A stretch of DNA of 64,000 nucleotides from Vicinamibacteria bacterium (GTDB lineage: Bacteria > Acidobacteriota > Vicinamibacteria > Marinacidobacterales > Marinacidobacteraceae): positions 1,852,369-1,916,368 of the forward strand of contig OZ244068.1 of NCBI GenBank assembly GCA_965215615.1, read 5' to 3'. The notes beneath the pieces were generated by a model. It was not told the DNA's origin, ran no database searches, and saw only the letters and a list, made by a program, of their open reading frames with translations. Position 1 is the stretch's first letter; the number at the start of each line of letters is the position of its first letter. Below, piece by piece: positions 18,649 through 27,278 of this stretch. The position numbers and the translations under genes are program-made.

Positions 18649-20114
18649 CGCGCACTCCGGCCCGCTTCAGCTCCTCGTGGGCGGTGCTGCTCGCCACCAT
18701 CGGCATGGCGGTGGGCACCGGGAACATCTGGCGCTTCCCGCGGATCGCCGCGCAGAACGGCGGCGGAGAGTTCCTGATCCCCTGGCTGATCTTCCTCGTC
18801 CTCTGGGCGATTCCCCTGCTGCTCGCCGAGTTCGCGATCGGCAAGCGCTCCCGAAGAAGCCCGGCCGCCGCCGTCGGCGCGACAATCGGCGGGGGGCGCA
18901 ACTGGATGGGGCTTTTCATCGGGTTCGTCACCGTCTTCATCACCTTCTACTACTCGGTGGTGGTCGGCTGGTGCCTGAAATATCTGGTGGCTTCCGCGAC
19001 CGGGCAGCTCCAGGGTGCCGACATGGAGGCTTTCTGGCAGAGCTTCCGGATGAGCGGAACGGAGCCGCTGATCTACCACGGAGTCTCGGTGGCGATCACC
19101 GCCTTCATCATCTACCGCGGCGTTTCGGCGGGCATCGAACGGGTAAACCGCTACCTGATCCCCACCCTGTTCATCCTGCTGGTGGGGGCGGCCATCCGCG
19201 CGGTCACCCTGCCGGGCGCGGCCGACGGCCTCCGCTTCCTGTTCCTTCCGGATCTCGCCAACCTGGCGGACTACCGGATCTGGCTCGCAGCCCTCACCCA
19301 GACCGCGTGGAGCACCGGCGCGGGCTGGGGCCTCGTCATCGTGCTGGGGAGCTACATCAAGAGCGATCAGGGCTTCGTCCGGACCGGCATCCTCTCGGCG
19401 GTCGCGAACAACCTGGCATCGCTGCTCGCCGGGGTCGCGGTGATCGGGTCGGTGTTCGCGCTCAGCGCTTCGGCCGAATCCATCGAGGCGGCGTTCGGAG
19501 CGGGGAACGAAGGGCTCACCTTCCTCTGGCTGCCGAGGCTCTTCCTCGAGATGCCGGGCGGCGCGGTGATGCTGCCGCTTTTCTTCCTCGCGCTTTCCTG
19601 CGCCGCCATCTCTTCGTTCGTCACCCAGCTCGAACTCGTGAACCGCATGGTCATGGATGTCGGGCTGCCACGGAAGCGCTCGGTTCCGGCGGTTGCGGTC
19701 CTTACCTTCGCCTGCGGCATCCCGTCGGCGATCTCCATGGGGTTCTTCAACAACCAGGACTGGACCTGGGGCGCAGGGCTCATGATCTCGGGCCTGTTCG
19801 TCGCGCTCACCGTCATCCGCGCCGGGGCCGCCCGGTTCCGGGAGGATTACCTGAACAGTTCCCACGAGGAGTGGCGCGTCGGCCGCTGGTTCGATGTCCT
19901 CATCACCTGGGTGGTGCCGCTCGAATTCATCGCGCTCATCACCTGGTGGGTGGTCGGCGCGGCCCGGGAGTCGGGCGGCGACTGGTGGCATCCGGTGGGG
20001 TTGACCGTCGGCACGGTCGCGCTTCAGTCGGGACTGCTCGCGCTCCTGTGCCTCGTGGCGGGTGGTGCGGTCTGGAGACGGGCCCGCGCTGCTGCTTCGG
20101 AAGCGGACGACTAG
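18645..20114 (+). CDS. Sodium-dependent transporter, NSS/SNF family
   Basis: GMAVGTGNIWRFP, NGGGEFLIP, YYSVVVGW, GIERVNR; many TM segments. Confidence 0.93.
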   Translation: MTRTPARFSSSWAVLLATIGMAVGTGNIWRFPRIAAQNGGGEFLIPWLIFLVLWAIPLLLAEFAIGKRSRRSPAAAVGATIGGGRNWMGLFIGFVTVFITFYYSVVVGWCLKYLVASATGQLQGADMEAFWQSFRMSGTEPLIYHGVSVAITAFIIYRGVSAGIERVNRYLIPTLFILLVGAAIRAVTLPGAADGLRFLFLPDLANLADYRIWLAALTQTAWSTGAGWGLVIVLGSYIKSDQGFVRTGILSAVANNLASLLAGVAVIGSVFALSASAESIEAAFGAGNEGLTFLWLPRLFLEMPGGAVMLPLFFLALSCAAISSFVTQLELVNRMVMDVGLPRKRSVPAVAVLTFACGIPSAISMGFFNNQDWTWGAGLMISGLFVALTVIRAGAARFREDYLNSSHEEWRVGRWFDVLITWVVPLEFIALITWWVVGAARESGGDWWHPVGLTVGTVALQSGLLALLCLVAGGAVWRRARAAASEADD

Positions 20115-20132
20115 AAGCCCGGACAGGGTTCG

Positions 20133-21410
20133 ATGGGGGTCAGGTTCGCCGAAACGGATCGGGCGGCCCTCGCCGGGGAGCGCGGCGAGGCGGCCCGGCT
20201 GGCCATGCGGATCCTCGTACGGATGGCTGAGGTGCGCGGTGCCCGGGAGATGCTCGATATCGAGAGCGCCCACATAGACAGCACGATCTACGTGGGAGAT
20301 GCCGGGCTCGAATTCGCCGAAAAGCTCGCCGGACTCGGGGCGCGGGTGGTGGTTCCCTCGACGCTCAACGTAAGTGGCCTCGACGAGCATCACTACCGGG
20401 AATGGGCCGTCCCCGCCGACTGGGCCGAAAAATCGGCGCGGCAGATGCGCGCCTACGCATCCATGGGCACGACTGCCACCTGGACCTGCGCGCCCTACCA
20501 GACGAGTCCCCTGCCCCGCTTCGGCCAGCAGATCGCCTGGGGGGAATCGAATGCCGTCTGCTTCGCCAATTCGGTGATCGGTGCCCGGACCGAGCGTTAT
20601 CCGGATCTCCTCGACATCTGCGCGGCGATCACCGGACGGGCACCGGCGGTCGGCCTGCATCTCGAAGAAAACCGGATCGCGACCCGCGTGCTGGAACTCG
20701 AGAACATCCCGGTTTCGCTCGCGGCAGCCGACGACTTCTATCCGGTGCTCGGACACCTGCTCGGAACCTTCGCGGAAGAGGAAGTGACGGCCATCTCCGG
20801 CCTGCCGGTGACACCTTCGGAAGACCGGTTGAAGGCGCTCGGAGCCGCCGCCGCATCCTCGGGAGCGGTCGCGCTCTTCCACATTCCGGGAGTGACTCCG
20901 GAGGCTCCGACCCTGAAGGATGCCCTCGGCGGGCGAGCTCCACGAGTCACGCACCGGGTGGGTGTCCCGGCGCTGCGACAGGCGCGGCGCGAACTGAGCA
21001 CCGGGGAAGACGGCTCTCTCGATCTCGTGGTCCTGGGGAGTCCGCACTTTTCGCTCGCCGAGTTCCGGACGCTCGCTTCCGCAATCCGCACCCGCGGCGG
21101 GGAGCGGGCCGCCGGTTGCGAGTTCCTGGTGACGACCAGCCGCATCGTCCGCGACCTGGCCGACCGCGCCGGGCTTCTCGAACCGCTCCTCGGCTTCGGG
21201 GGCAGGCTGACCGTGGACACCTGCATCCTGGCCACTCCGATGCTCGAAAAGGGTGTCCGGCGGATCATGACCAACTCGGCGAAGTACGCCTGGTACGCCC
21301 CAGGACTGCTCGGTGCCGGCGTGGCGTTCGGGAGCCTCGAGGAATGTGTGGAGTCGGCGAAACAGGGCCGGGTGATCCGCTCGTCCGGAGCGTGGAACGG
21401 GGCGGGTTGA
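20133..21410 (+). CDS. Aconitase X catalytic subunit (DUF521), candidate cis-3-hydroxy-L-proline dehydratase
   Basis: SAHID, TWTCAPY, AWGESNAVCFANSVIGART, LFHIPGVTPEA, GSPHFS, DTC, TNSAKYAWY. Confidence 0.92.
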   Translation: MGVRFAETDRAALAGERGEAARLAMRILVRMAEVRGAREMLDIESAHIDSTIYVGDAGLEFAEKLAGLGARVVVPSTLNVSGLDEHHYREWAVPADWAEKSARQMRAYASMGTTATWTCAPYQTSPLPRFGQQIAWGESNAVCFANSVIGARTERYPDLLDICAAITGRAPAVGLHLEENRIATRVLELENIPVSLAAADDFYPVLGHLLGTFAEEEVTAISGLPVTPSEDRLKALGAAAASSGAVALFHIPGVTPEAPTLKDALGGRAPRVTHRVGVPALRQARRELSTGEDGSLDLVVLGSPHFSLAEFRTLASAIRTRGGERAAGCEFLVTTSRIVRDLADRAGLLEPLLGFGGRLTVDTCILATPMLEKGVRRIMTNSAKYAWYAPGLLGAGVAFGSLEECVESAKQGRVIRSSGAWNGAG

Positions 21411-22650
21411 GGTGACGGGACAGCCGCTCGTGATCGCCGGCCGCGCCGTGATCGCCGGCTCTGCCGTGATCGCTGGCCGCGCCGTGATCGCCGGCTCTGC
21501 CGAGGGGCCACTCCTCCACGCGCAGGAGCCACTCAGCTTCTGGGGCGGGTACGATGCCGAAAAAGGCCGCATCACCGACACCCACCACCCGCTCGCCGGA
21601 AAGAACGCCGCCGGAACGATCCTCGCGATCCCGGCCACCCGCGGCTCCTCCACCACGACCGCGGTCCTGCTCGAAGCGATCCGGCACGGCACCGCTCCGG
21701 CGGCCTTCGTGACCCGCGAGGTGGATGCCTTCCTCGCCCTCGCCTGCATCGTGGGGGAAGAGCTCTATGGGAAGTCGCCGGCGGTCGTCGCCGTGGGGGC
21801 GGCCTTCGCTTCGCTCGCGGACAAGGAGATGGCGGAGGTTCACGACGGGGTTGTCCGCCTGCGCTGAGACGGACAAGGAGACAGACAGGGCACTTCCGAT
21901 CTGGCACTTCCGATCTGGCACTTCCGATCTGGCACTTCCGATCAGGCACTTCCGATCTGGCACTTCCGATCTGGCGGGCTCCCACGCCCCGGCGCGCCGC
22001 CGTTCGAGCCGGATGCGGCCGGTGACGCCGAAGATCACCACCGAATAGACCACTCCGGCACCGCTCAGGACGATTCGTCCGGAACCGGAAGCCCCGAAAG
22101 GCGTGAACGAGACCATGTCGGCAAAGCCGATCGCGCGACCCGGCAGGCTTTCTTCTCCCGGAAGATCGCCCGGCGTCCCGAGGCGCACTCCCGGGTAGCG
22201 ATCTCCGAAACGCCACGGCTCGAGAAGGACGCGCTCCACCCCTTCCTCGATCTCCCGGCGCGAAACGCCGTTGTTGTTTCCGTCGAGATAGACACCGATC
22301 CAGGGGCTTTCCGGATTTCCGGGGTCCGGCTGTCCGGGCGGATCGAAGACCACCGCCACGTTGGCCGCCCGCGCCGCGGCCTGGGCCCGCGCTTTCTGGA
22401 AGAGCGTCCGGAGCCCGAGCGCCGCGGCGTGGACCCGCTGCGCCCGGAGCCCGTTCAGCACCGGCGGCATGGCGACACCGGCGAGAACTCCCATCACGAG
22501 AAGCGCGATCAGCAACTCGGTGAGGGTGTATCCCGTGGAGACACCGACCGGATGCCGGCTACGCGGAAAACGCCGGGGAAACGAGCCCACGGTCGCCGTG
22601 CGAAGGGGTCTCTGGCCCGTCGAGAGGAGTTCCCGGACGATCCTCCGCAT
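21265..22650 (-). CDS. GspH/FimT-like pseudopilin; conserved part about 21973-22590, reading frame runs on through the VNTR
   Basis: Prepilin motif GYTLTELLIALLVMGVLAGVAMP; KARAQAAA; YLDGNNNG; SFTPFG; GVTGRIR. The extension beyond 21973 is antisense to the aconitase X genes. Confidence 0.8.
   Translation of the reverse strand: MRRIVRELLSTGQRPLRTATVGSFPRRFPRSRHPVGVSTGYTLTELLIALLVMGVLAGVAMPPVLNGLRAQRVHAAALGLRTLFQKARAQAAARAANVAVVFDPPGQPDPGNPESPWIGVYLDGNNNGVSRREIEEGVERVLLEPWRFGDRYPGVRLGTPGDLPGEESLPGRAIGFADMVSFTPFGASGSGRIVLSGAGVVYSVVIFGVTGRIRLERRRAGAWEPARSEVPDRKCLIGSARSEVPDRKCQIGSALSVSLSVSAQADNPVVNLRHLLVRERSEGRPHGDDRRRLPIELFPHDAGEGEEGIHLAGHEGRRSGAVPDRFEQDRGRGGGAAGGRDREDRSGGVLSGERVVGVGDAAFFGIVPAPEAEWLLRVEEWPLGRAGDHGAASDHGRAGDHGAAGDHERLSRHLNPPRSTLRTSGSPGPVSPTPHIPRGSRTPRRHRAVLGRTRRTSPSWS
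21412..21867 (+). CDS. Aconitase X swivel subunit (DUF126)
   Basis: PLSFWGGYD, HHPLAG, TRGSSTT, APAA. Confidence 0.9.
   Translation: MTGQPLVIAGRAVIAGSAVIAGRAVIAGSAEGPLLHAQEPLSFWGGYDAEKGRITDTHHPLAGKNAAGTILAIPATRGSSTTTAVLLEAIRHGTAPAAFVTREVDAFLALACIVGEELYGKSPAVVAVGAAFASLADKEMAEVHDGVVRLR
21430..21501 (+). repeat. 18-bp x4 in-frame tandem repeat (VIAGRA/VIAGSA) in the swivel-subunit gene
   Basis: GTGATCGC(C/T)GGC(CGC/TCT)GCC four times; looks like a 36-bp duplication. Confidence 0.85.
21889..21975 (+). repeat. 14-bp tandem repeat GGCACTTCCGATCT x6 (VNTR)
   Basis: Six contiguous units 21889-21972; unit 4 ends TCA rather than TCT; no spacers. Confidence 0.95.
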
Positions 22651-22927
22651 CGCCGCCGACGGTCACATGCGGCTTGATGCGTTCGAAGGTCCGCTCGCCG
22701 ATCCCCTGGATGTTGAGGAGCTCTTCGACCCGCGAAAACGGGCCGTTCTCGTCGCGCCACTCGATGATGCGGGCTGCGGTGGCCTTGCCGACCCGGGGAA
22801 GCTCTTCGAGTTCTTCCGCGGTGGCGGTGTTGATGTTGATCGGCTGTTCGGGCTGGAGGGCATGAGCACCCAGCGCGACCGCGGCCGAAAGGGCGCAAGC
22901 GCCCGCGAAAAAGAGAATCCGATGCAT
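22559..22927 (-). CDS. comEA: ComEA-family helix-hairpin-helix DNA-binding protein
   Basis: Signal peptide; ININTATAEELEELPRVGKATAARII, NGPFSRVEELLNIQGIGERT; AAGGAGG RBS upstream. Confidence 0.9.
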   Translation of the reverse strand: MHRILFFAGACALSAAVALGAHALQPEQPININTATAEELEELPRVGKATAARIIEWRDENGPFSRVEELLNIQGIGERTFERIKPHVTVGGDAEDRPGTPLDGPETPSHGDRGLVSPAFSA

Positions 22928-23008
22928 GAAGGCCTCCTTGGGGCTTTCCGGAAAGACATCCGCCGGACGATTCCGGCGAATCCGGAAGCCGCAAGAGGCG
23001 CGCCCGAA

Positions 23009-23161
23009 AGGAAGCGATGCGCCAAAAATCACACAAGTTATTGACTTTTATGACTTTAAACCAGATTTTTGTCGACCAGAAACCTCGCCGGAAAACGGGT
23101 GTGTCAACAGCGGTGGACAGGCCCCGTCAACCAGGGTTGCACACCGTCGCTTCTGGTTGAC
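23009..23161 (-). promoter_or_regulatory. Putative sigma-54-type promoter of comEA with IHF site and upstream enhancer-like repeats
   Basis: Minus strand TTGGCGCATCGCTTCCT (-24/-12-like, but TTCC for TTGC); AGTCAATAACTTG (one mismatch to IHF WATCAANNNNTTR) in an AT-rich tract; GTCRAC(C)AG repeats including the inverted pair 23126-34/23153-61. Confidence 0.45.
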
Positions 23162-23188
23162 ACCGCCGGATCGGACGACGGAAGCGGA

Positions 23189-24514
23189 CTATTCGGTGAG
23201 TGCGTCGGTGACGCGCGCCGGAGTTCTCCGTCGCCCGCCACCTGCTTCCCCGCGGAGCGCGAGGATCAAGGCATCACGCTTCGCTTCGAAATCGGCGCGG
23301 TTCGGCTCGGGAATCGGCGGCCCTTCGGGAAGGAGATTCGCCCGCGGATTGATGGGCCTTCCGTTCTTGTACAGGCGGTAGTCCACGTGAGGTCCGGTGG
23401 AGGTTCCGGTGGAACCCACGTATCCGATCACTTCCCGCTGCTCGACGCGGCGGCCGGGCCGGATGTGCTTCGGGATGCGCGACAAGTGCAGGTATTTGGT
23501 CTGGTAGCCGCCCGGGTGGCGGATCGTGACCATGTTGCCGTTCGGCCCGCGCATTCCGGCATCGGTCACGGTTCCGTTGCCGGTTGCGACGACCGGCGCG
23601 CCATGCGGCGCTGCGTAGTCCACGCCGTAGTGAGGCCGATAGACGCGGTGCACCGGATGGAGGCGGCGGCTGGTGAAGACTCCGGAAATGCGCGTGTAGC
23701 GCACCGGACTGACGAGGAACGCCCGGCGCAGCGCCCTGCCGTTCTCGTCGTAATACCCGGTGGATCCATCGGGGAACCGGTAGCGGAACGCGAAAATCTC
23801 CTCGCCCTGGTTCACGAAGCGCACCGCGTGGGTTTCGCCGTATCCGACGAACTCGCGATCCACGCTGAGCTTGTCCACGAGCACCGACCAACTGTCCCCC
23901 CGGCGGATGTCCCGTCGCAGGTCCAACTGGTATTCGAGGACGGTCCCGATCACCACGGCGAGCTCGGGTTCTTCTCCGGCTTCCAGCAGGCTCTCGTAAA
24001 GGCTCGTGCGAACCGCCCCGGCGACCAGTTCGCGCTCCGCTACCGGATCCATCCGGGTCTCGCTCACCTTCCACTCCCCGGCAGCCACCCGCTCGGCGCT
24101 CACCACCCGCCAGTCGCCAAGCTCGAGATCCACGCGCGCCGGGCTCCCGGTGAGGTCGCGGTGAAGCCAGAGCGTCTGGCCGGGCCGCAACCTCCGCAGA
24201 TCCACCACCGACTGAAGCGTCTCGGTGATTTCCACCGTCTCGGCTGGCGGAAACCCGTTTCGGCGAAGGACTGCACCGAGCCCGTCCCCCGGCATCAACC
24301 GGTCCGGCACGGAATCCATCCCGATCGCCGGAAGCGTCGAGGCGGCCGCCGGTGACGCAGGCGGCTCATGGCTCCGGATGTCGAGCGCCGGCACCGGCCA
24401 GGTGTTCAGGGCGAAAAGGAGCAGGACAACGTACCCGAGCGCCGCGAGCGAGAACGCGATCGCGGGGCTGGTGGCCCGTCCAGAGGCTCGCCATGAGCTG
24501 AAAAAGCCGGACAT
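23189..24514 (-). CDS. M23 family peptidoglycan DD-endopeptidase (MepM-like)
   Basis: N-terminal TM; LysM/OapA-like LRRLRPGQ; HYGVDYAAP, YLHLS, STGPHVDY. Confidence 0.92.
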   Translation of the reverse strand: MSGFFSSWRASGRATSPAIAFSLAALGYVVLLLFALNTWPVPALDIRSHEPPASPAAASTLPAIGMDSVPDRLMPGDGLGAVLRRNGFPPAETVEITETLQSVVDLRRLRPGQTLWLHRDLTGSPARVDLELGDWRVVSAERVAAGEWKVSETRMDPVAERELVAGAVRTSLYESLLEAGEEPELAVVIGTVLEYQLDLRRDIRRGDSWSVLVDKLSVDREFVGYGETHAVRFVNQGEEIFAFRYRFPDGSTGYYDENGRALRRAFLVSPVRYTRISGVFTSRRLHPVHRVYRPHYGVDYAAPHGAPVVATGNGTVTDAGMRGPNGNMVTIRHPGGYQTKYLHLSRIPKHIRPGRRVEQREVIGYVGSTGTSTGPHVDYRLYKNGRPINPRANLLPEGPPIPEPNRADFEAKRDALILALRGEAGGGRRRTPARVTDALTE

Positions 24515-24530
24515 GCTGTCATACAGGATA

Positions 24531-25466
24531 TCAGGTATGTTCAGACACAGGCATTTCGACCAGGCGGCGGATGCCTTCGTCCATGCCGATCCGCGCCTCG
24601 AATCCGAGGAGCTTTCGAGCGAGCCGGGTATCCGCCGAGGCGTGGCGCACATCACCCGGACGCAGCGGCCCGAAGACCGGTTCAGACCGGCAACCGGACA
24701 CCGCGGAAACCCTCCGCCAAATGTCGAGAACCGACGCGGCCTTCCCCGTCCCCACGTTATAGACCTTCCCTCCGCGACCGGTTTCGGCGCTCTTCAGGGC
24801 GAGCAGGATGGCTTCGACGACATCCTCGACGAACACGAAATCCCTGGTCTGGCCTCCGTCGCCGTGCACCTCGGGACGATCGCCGGCGTGCGCCACCGCG
24901 GCGAAGCGCGCGAGGACACCGGAATAGGAAGAATCGGCGGGCTGGCCGGGGCCATACACGTTGAAGAAACGGAGCGCGATCGCGGGAGGGCCCCCGGTGC
25001 GATGGTGGAGCAGGACGTGCCTTTCGCCCGCGAGCTTGGTGGCCGCATAGACCGACTGCGGGCGAAGCGGCGCGTCTTCCGGAATCGCGCCCTCGCCGAA
25101 GTCACCGTACAGGGAGCAGGAAGAGGCATAGACCAGAGCCGATACACCGGCCTGCCTGGCTTCTTCGACGATCCGGAGCGTGCCGGCGATATTCGAACGG
25201 GCGGCGAGTGCCGGCTCGAATTCGGCCCGCGGCACCGAAGCGAGCGCCGCCAGATGCGCGACGCCGGATACGCCGCGGAGCGCCTCGCGCGCCGTCTTTC
25301 GATCGGCCACGTCGCCCTCCACGATCCCGATTCCGGCGGCCCGGGGGAGCCGCTCCCGCCTTCCGGTGGAGAAATCGTCGAGAACCCGGACTTTCTCCCC
25401 TTCCCGGAGGAGACGGGCCACGAGCGCCGAGCCGATGAACCCGGCCCCGCCGGTGACCAGGATCAA
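24531..25466 (-). CDS. NAD-dependent sugar epimerase/dehydratase
   Basis: TGGAGFIGS, HLAA, YAATK, LRFFNVYGP, GDGGQTRDFVFV, GDVRH. Confidence 0.92.
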   Translation of the reverse strand: MILVTGGAGFIGSALVARLLREGEKVRVLDDFSTGRRERLPRAAGIGIVEGDVADRKTAREALRGVSGVAHLAALASVPRAEFEPALAARSNIAGTLRIVEEARQAGVSALVYASSCSLYGDFGEGAIPEDAPLRPQSVYAATKLAGERHVLLHHRTGGPPAIALRFFNVYGPGQPADSSYSGVLARFAAVAHAGDRPEVHGDGGQTRDFVFVEDVVEAILLALKSAETGRGGKVYNVGTGKAASVLDIWRRVSAVSGCRSEPVFGPLRPGDVRHASADTRLARKLLGFEARIGMDEGIRRLVEMPVSEHT

Positions 25467-25484
25467 GAAGCCGGAAGGGGGCTC

Positions 25485-25852
25485 GAGCCGTCCGTAAGCC
25501 GAATTCTGTTTTCCCGGACGGTTACCCGATCGGGAACGACGGTCATGTATCTAGCCCGGTGGTTGCCCACCGGATCGAGCGACCTACCCGGAAGCTCGGA
25601 CAGGCGGCCCTCGAACGCTTCCCTATTTGGTCTTGCTCCATGCGGGGTTTGCCGTGCCCCGGACATCACTGCCCGGGCGGTGCGCTCTTACCGCACCGTT
25701 TCACCCTTGCCGCTCCCCGAGGGGAGAGGCGGTCTGTTCTCTGTGGCACTTTCCTTCCAGTTACCCGGACTGGGCGTTACCCAGCGCATCGCCTTGCGGA
25801 GTTCGGACTTTCCTCCCGCCCGCGAACGGGCCGGCGACCGCCTGGACGACTC
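25485..25852 (-). ncRNA. rnpB: RNase P RNA (bacterial type A)
   Basis: Minus strand GAGGAAAGTCCGAACTC, AGTGCCACAGA, GGTGAAACGGTGCGGTAAGAGCGCACC, GAGCAAGACCAAATAG, ACAGAATTCGGCTTAC; 5' and 3' ends pair as P1. Confidence 0.97.
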
Positions 25853-25916
25853 AAGCCGGGGTGCATCCTAACTGCCCCCAACCAATAAAAAAACAGAACA
25901 CGGTAAGCTGCGGCTC

Positions 25917-26435
25917 ATGCGCCTCCTCCCTCTGTTCCTTCTCCTCGGAACCACCGGAATGGCTCTGGGACAGGACCACGGGCCTTACGACTGGCCCACC
26001 GCCGCCGAACTCGTGGAAGAGTCGCACTCCATCGTGGCCGGAGAAGTGACCGATACCCACGCCGACTGGTCGGCCGACCGGACAGAGATTTTTACCACCG
26101 TGACCCTCCGGGTGGAACAAAGCCTCGCCGGCCCCGAGCGGACGAGCGTCCGGTTCCGGGTCCCGGGAGGGACGGTCGGAGACATGCGGTTGATGGTGAC
26201 CCACTCCCCGCAATTCGCGGTCGGCGAGCGGGTGCTCGTCTTTCTGGCCGGTGCTCCCGGCCGGCTGCCGCAGGTGACCGCCGGCGAAGCTGGCAAGCGG
26301 TCTCTCGCGACCGGAGAGAACGGCGAGCGGCTCATCCTCCCGCCGGTCGCGCTCGAAGACGGAGTCGCACCGGCTCTTTCGACGCTCGAGGAATTCCGGG
26401 CATACCCGGCTCTTCTCGAAAACTCCCGGCGATGA
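25917..26435 (+). CDS. Secreted hypothetical protein, paralogue of 1604..2203
   Basis: Signal peptide; ESHSIVAGEV...IFTTVTLRV..SLAG...VPGGTVG...PQFAVGERVLVFL. Confidence 0.7.
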   Translation: MRLLPLFLLLGTTGMALGQDHGPYDWPTAAELVEESHSIVAGEVTDTHADWSADRTEIFTTVTLRVEQSLAGPERTSVRFRVPGGTVGDMRLMVTHSPQFAVGERVLVFLAGAPGRLPQVTAGEAGKRSLATGENGERLILPPVALEDGVAPALSTLEEFRAYPALLENSRR

Positions 26436-27277
26436 AGAGCCGGATCGCCTTCCAGGGAGTCCCCGGCTCCTATTCGGAACTCGCCTGCCGGGAGCTCTAC
26501 CCGGGCCACGAGCCACTCGCCTGCTCCACCCTCTTCGAGGCCTGCGGAGCGGTTACCGGGCGGAGCGCCGAGCTCGCCATGATCCCGGTGGAAAACTCGG
26601 TGGCCGGACCGGTGGCGGATGTCCACCGGCTGCTCCCCGATTCGGGCCTCTACGTGGTCGCCGAGACCTTCCAGCGGGTGCGCCACCAGTTGCTCGGCGT
26701 TCCGGGAGCGACCATCGAGGGGCTCTCGACCGTCCACAGCCACGAGCACGCGCTCGCCCAGTGCCGCAAGCTGGTCCGCCGCCTCGGCATATCCTCGGTG
26801 ATCGAGACCGATACGGCAGGCGCGGCGGCGCGGGTCGCCGAAAGCGGGGATCCGGGCCGGGCCGCGATCGCTTCGGCGCTGGCGGCGGAGATCCACGGCC
26901 TCACGATCCTCGAAGCGGATGTCGAGGATTCCCCGCGCAACACCACGAGATTCCTGGTGATGGCGCGAGAGGTCCGGGAAACCTCGCCCGGGGAAGCGAT
27001 CCTCACCACCCTCTTCTTCGAGGTGAAAAACATCCCCGCCGCGCTCTACAAGGCACTCGGCGGCTTCGCGACCAACGGGGTCAACCTGTTGCGGCTCGAA
27101 AGCACGATGCTCGACCGCTCGTTCGGCTCGACGCGCTTTTTCTGCGACATCGCGGGCCACCCGGACGACCCCGAGGTGGAGCGGGCGCTGGAAGAGCTCT
27201 GGTTCTTCTCGAGCTCGGTGACGATCATCGGCTCCTATCCCGCCGACCCGATCCGCAACCGGAACCTGCCGGGCTGA
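26432..27277 (+). CDS. pheA: Prephenate dehydratase
   Basis: AFQGVPGSYSE, PVENSVAG, SHEHALAQC, NTTRFL, ACT domain with ALYKALGGFATNGVNLLRLES. Confidence 0.95.
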   Translation: MKSRIAFQGVPGSYSELACRELYPGHEPLACSTLFEACGAVTGRSAELAMIPVENSVAGPVADVHRLLPDSGLYVVAETFQRVRHQLLGVPGATIEGLSTVHSHEHALAQCRKLVRRLGISSVIETDTAGAAARVAESGDPGRAAIASALAAEIHGLTILEADVEDSPRNTTRFLVMAREVRETSPGEAILTTLFFEVKNIPAALYKALGGFATNGVNLLRLESTMLDRSFGSTRFFCDIAGHPDDPEVERALEELWFFSSSVTIIGSYPADPIRNRNLPG

Positions 27278-27278
27278 A

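Noticed and set aside
21889-21975. Possible CRISPR array
   Set aside because: Units are 14 bp and contiguous, with no spacers and no cas genes; it is a VNTR.
25463-25888. Small ORFs over 25.5-25.9 kb
   Set aside because: They overlap the RNase P RNA gene.
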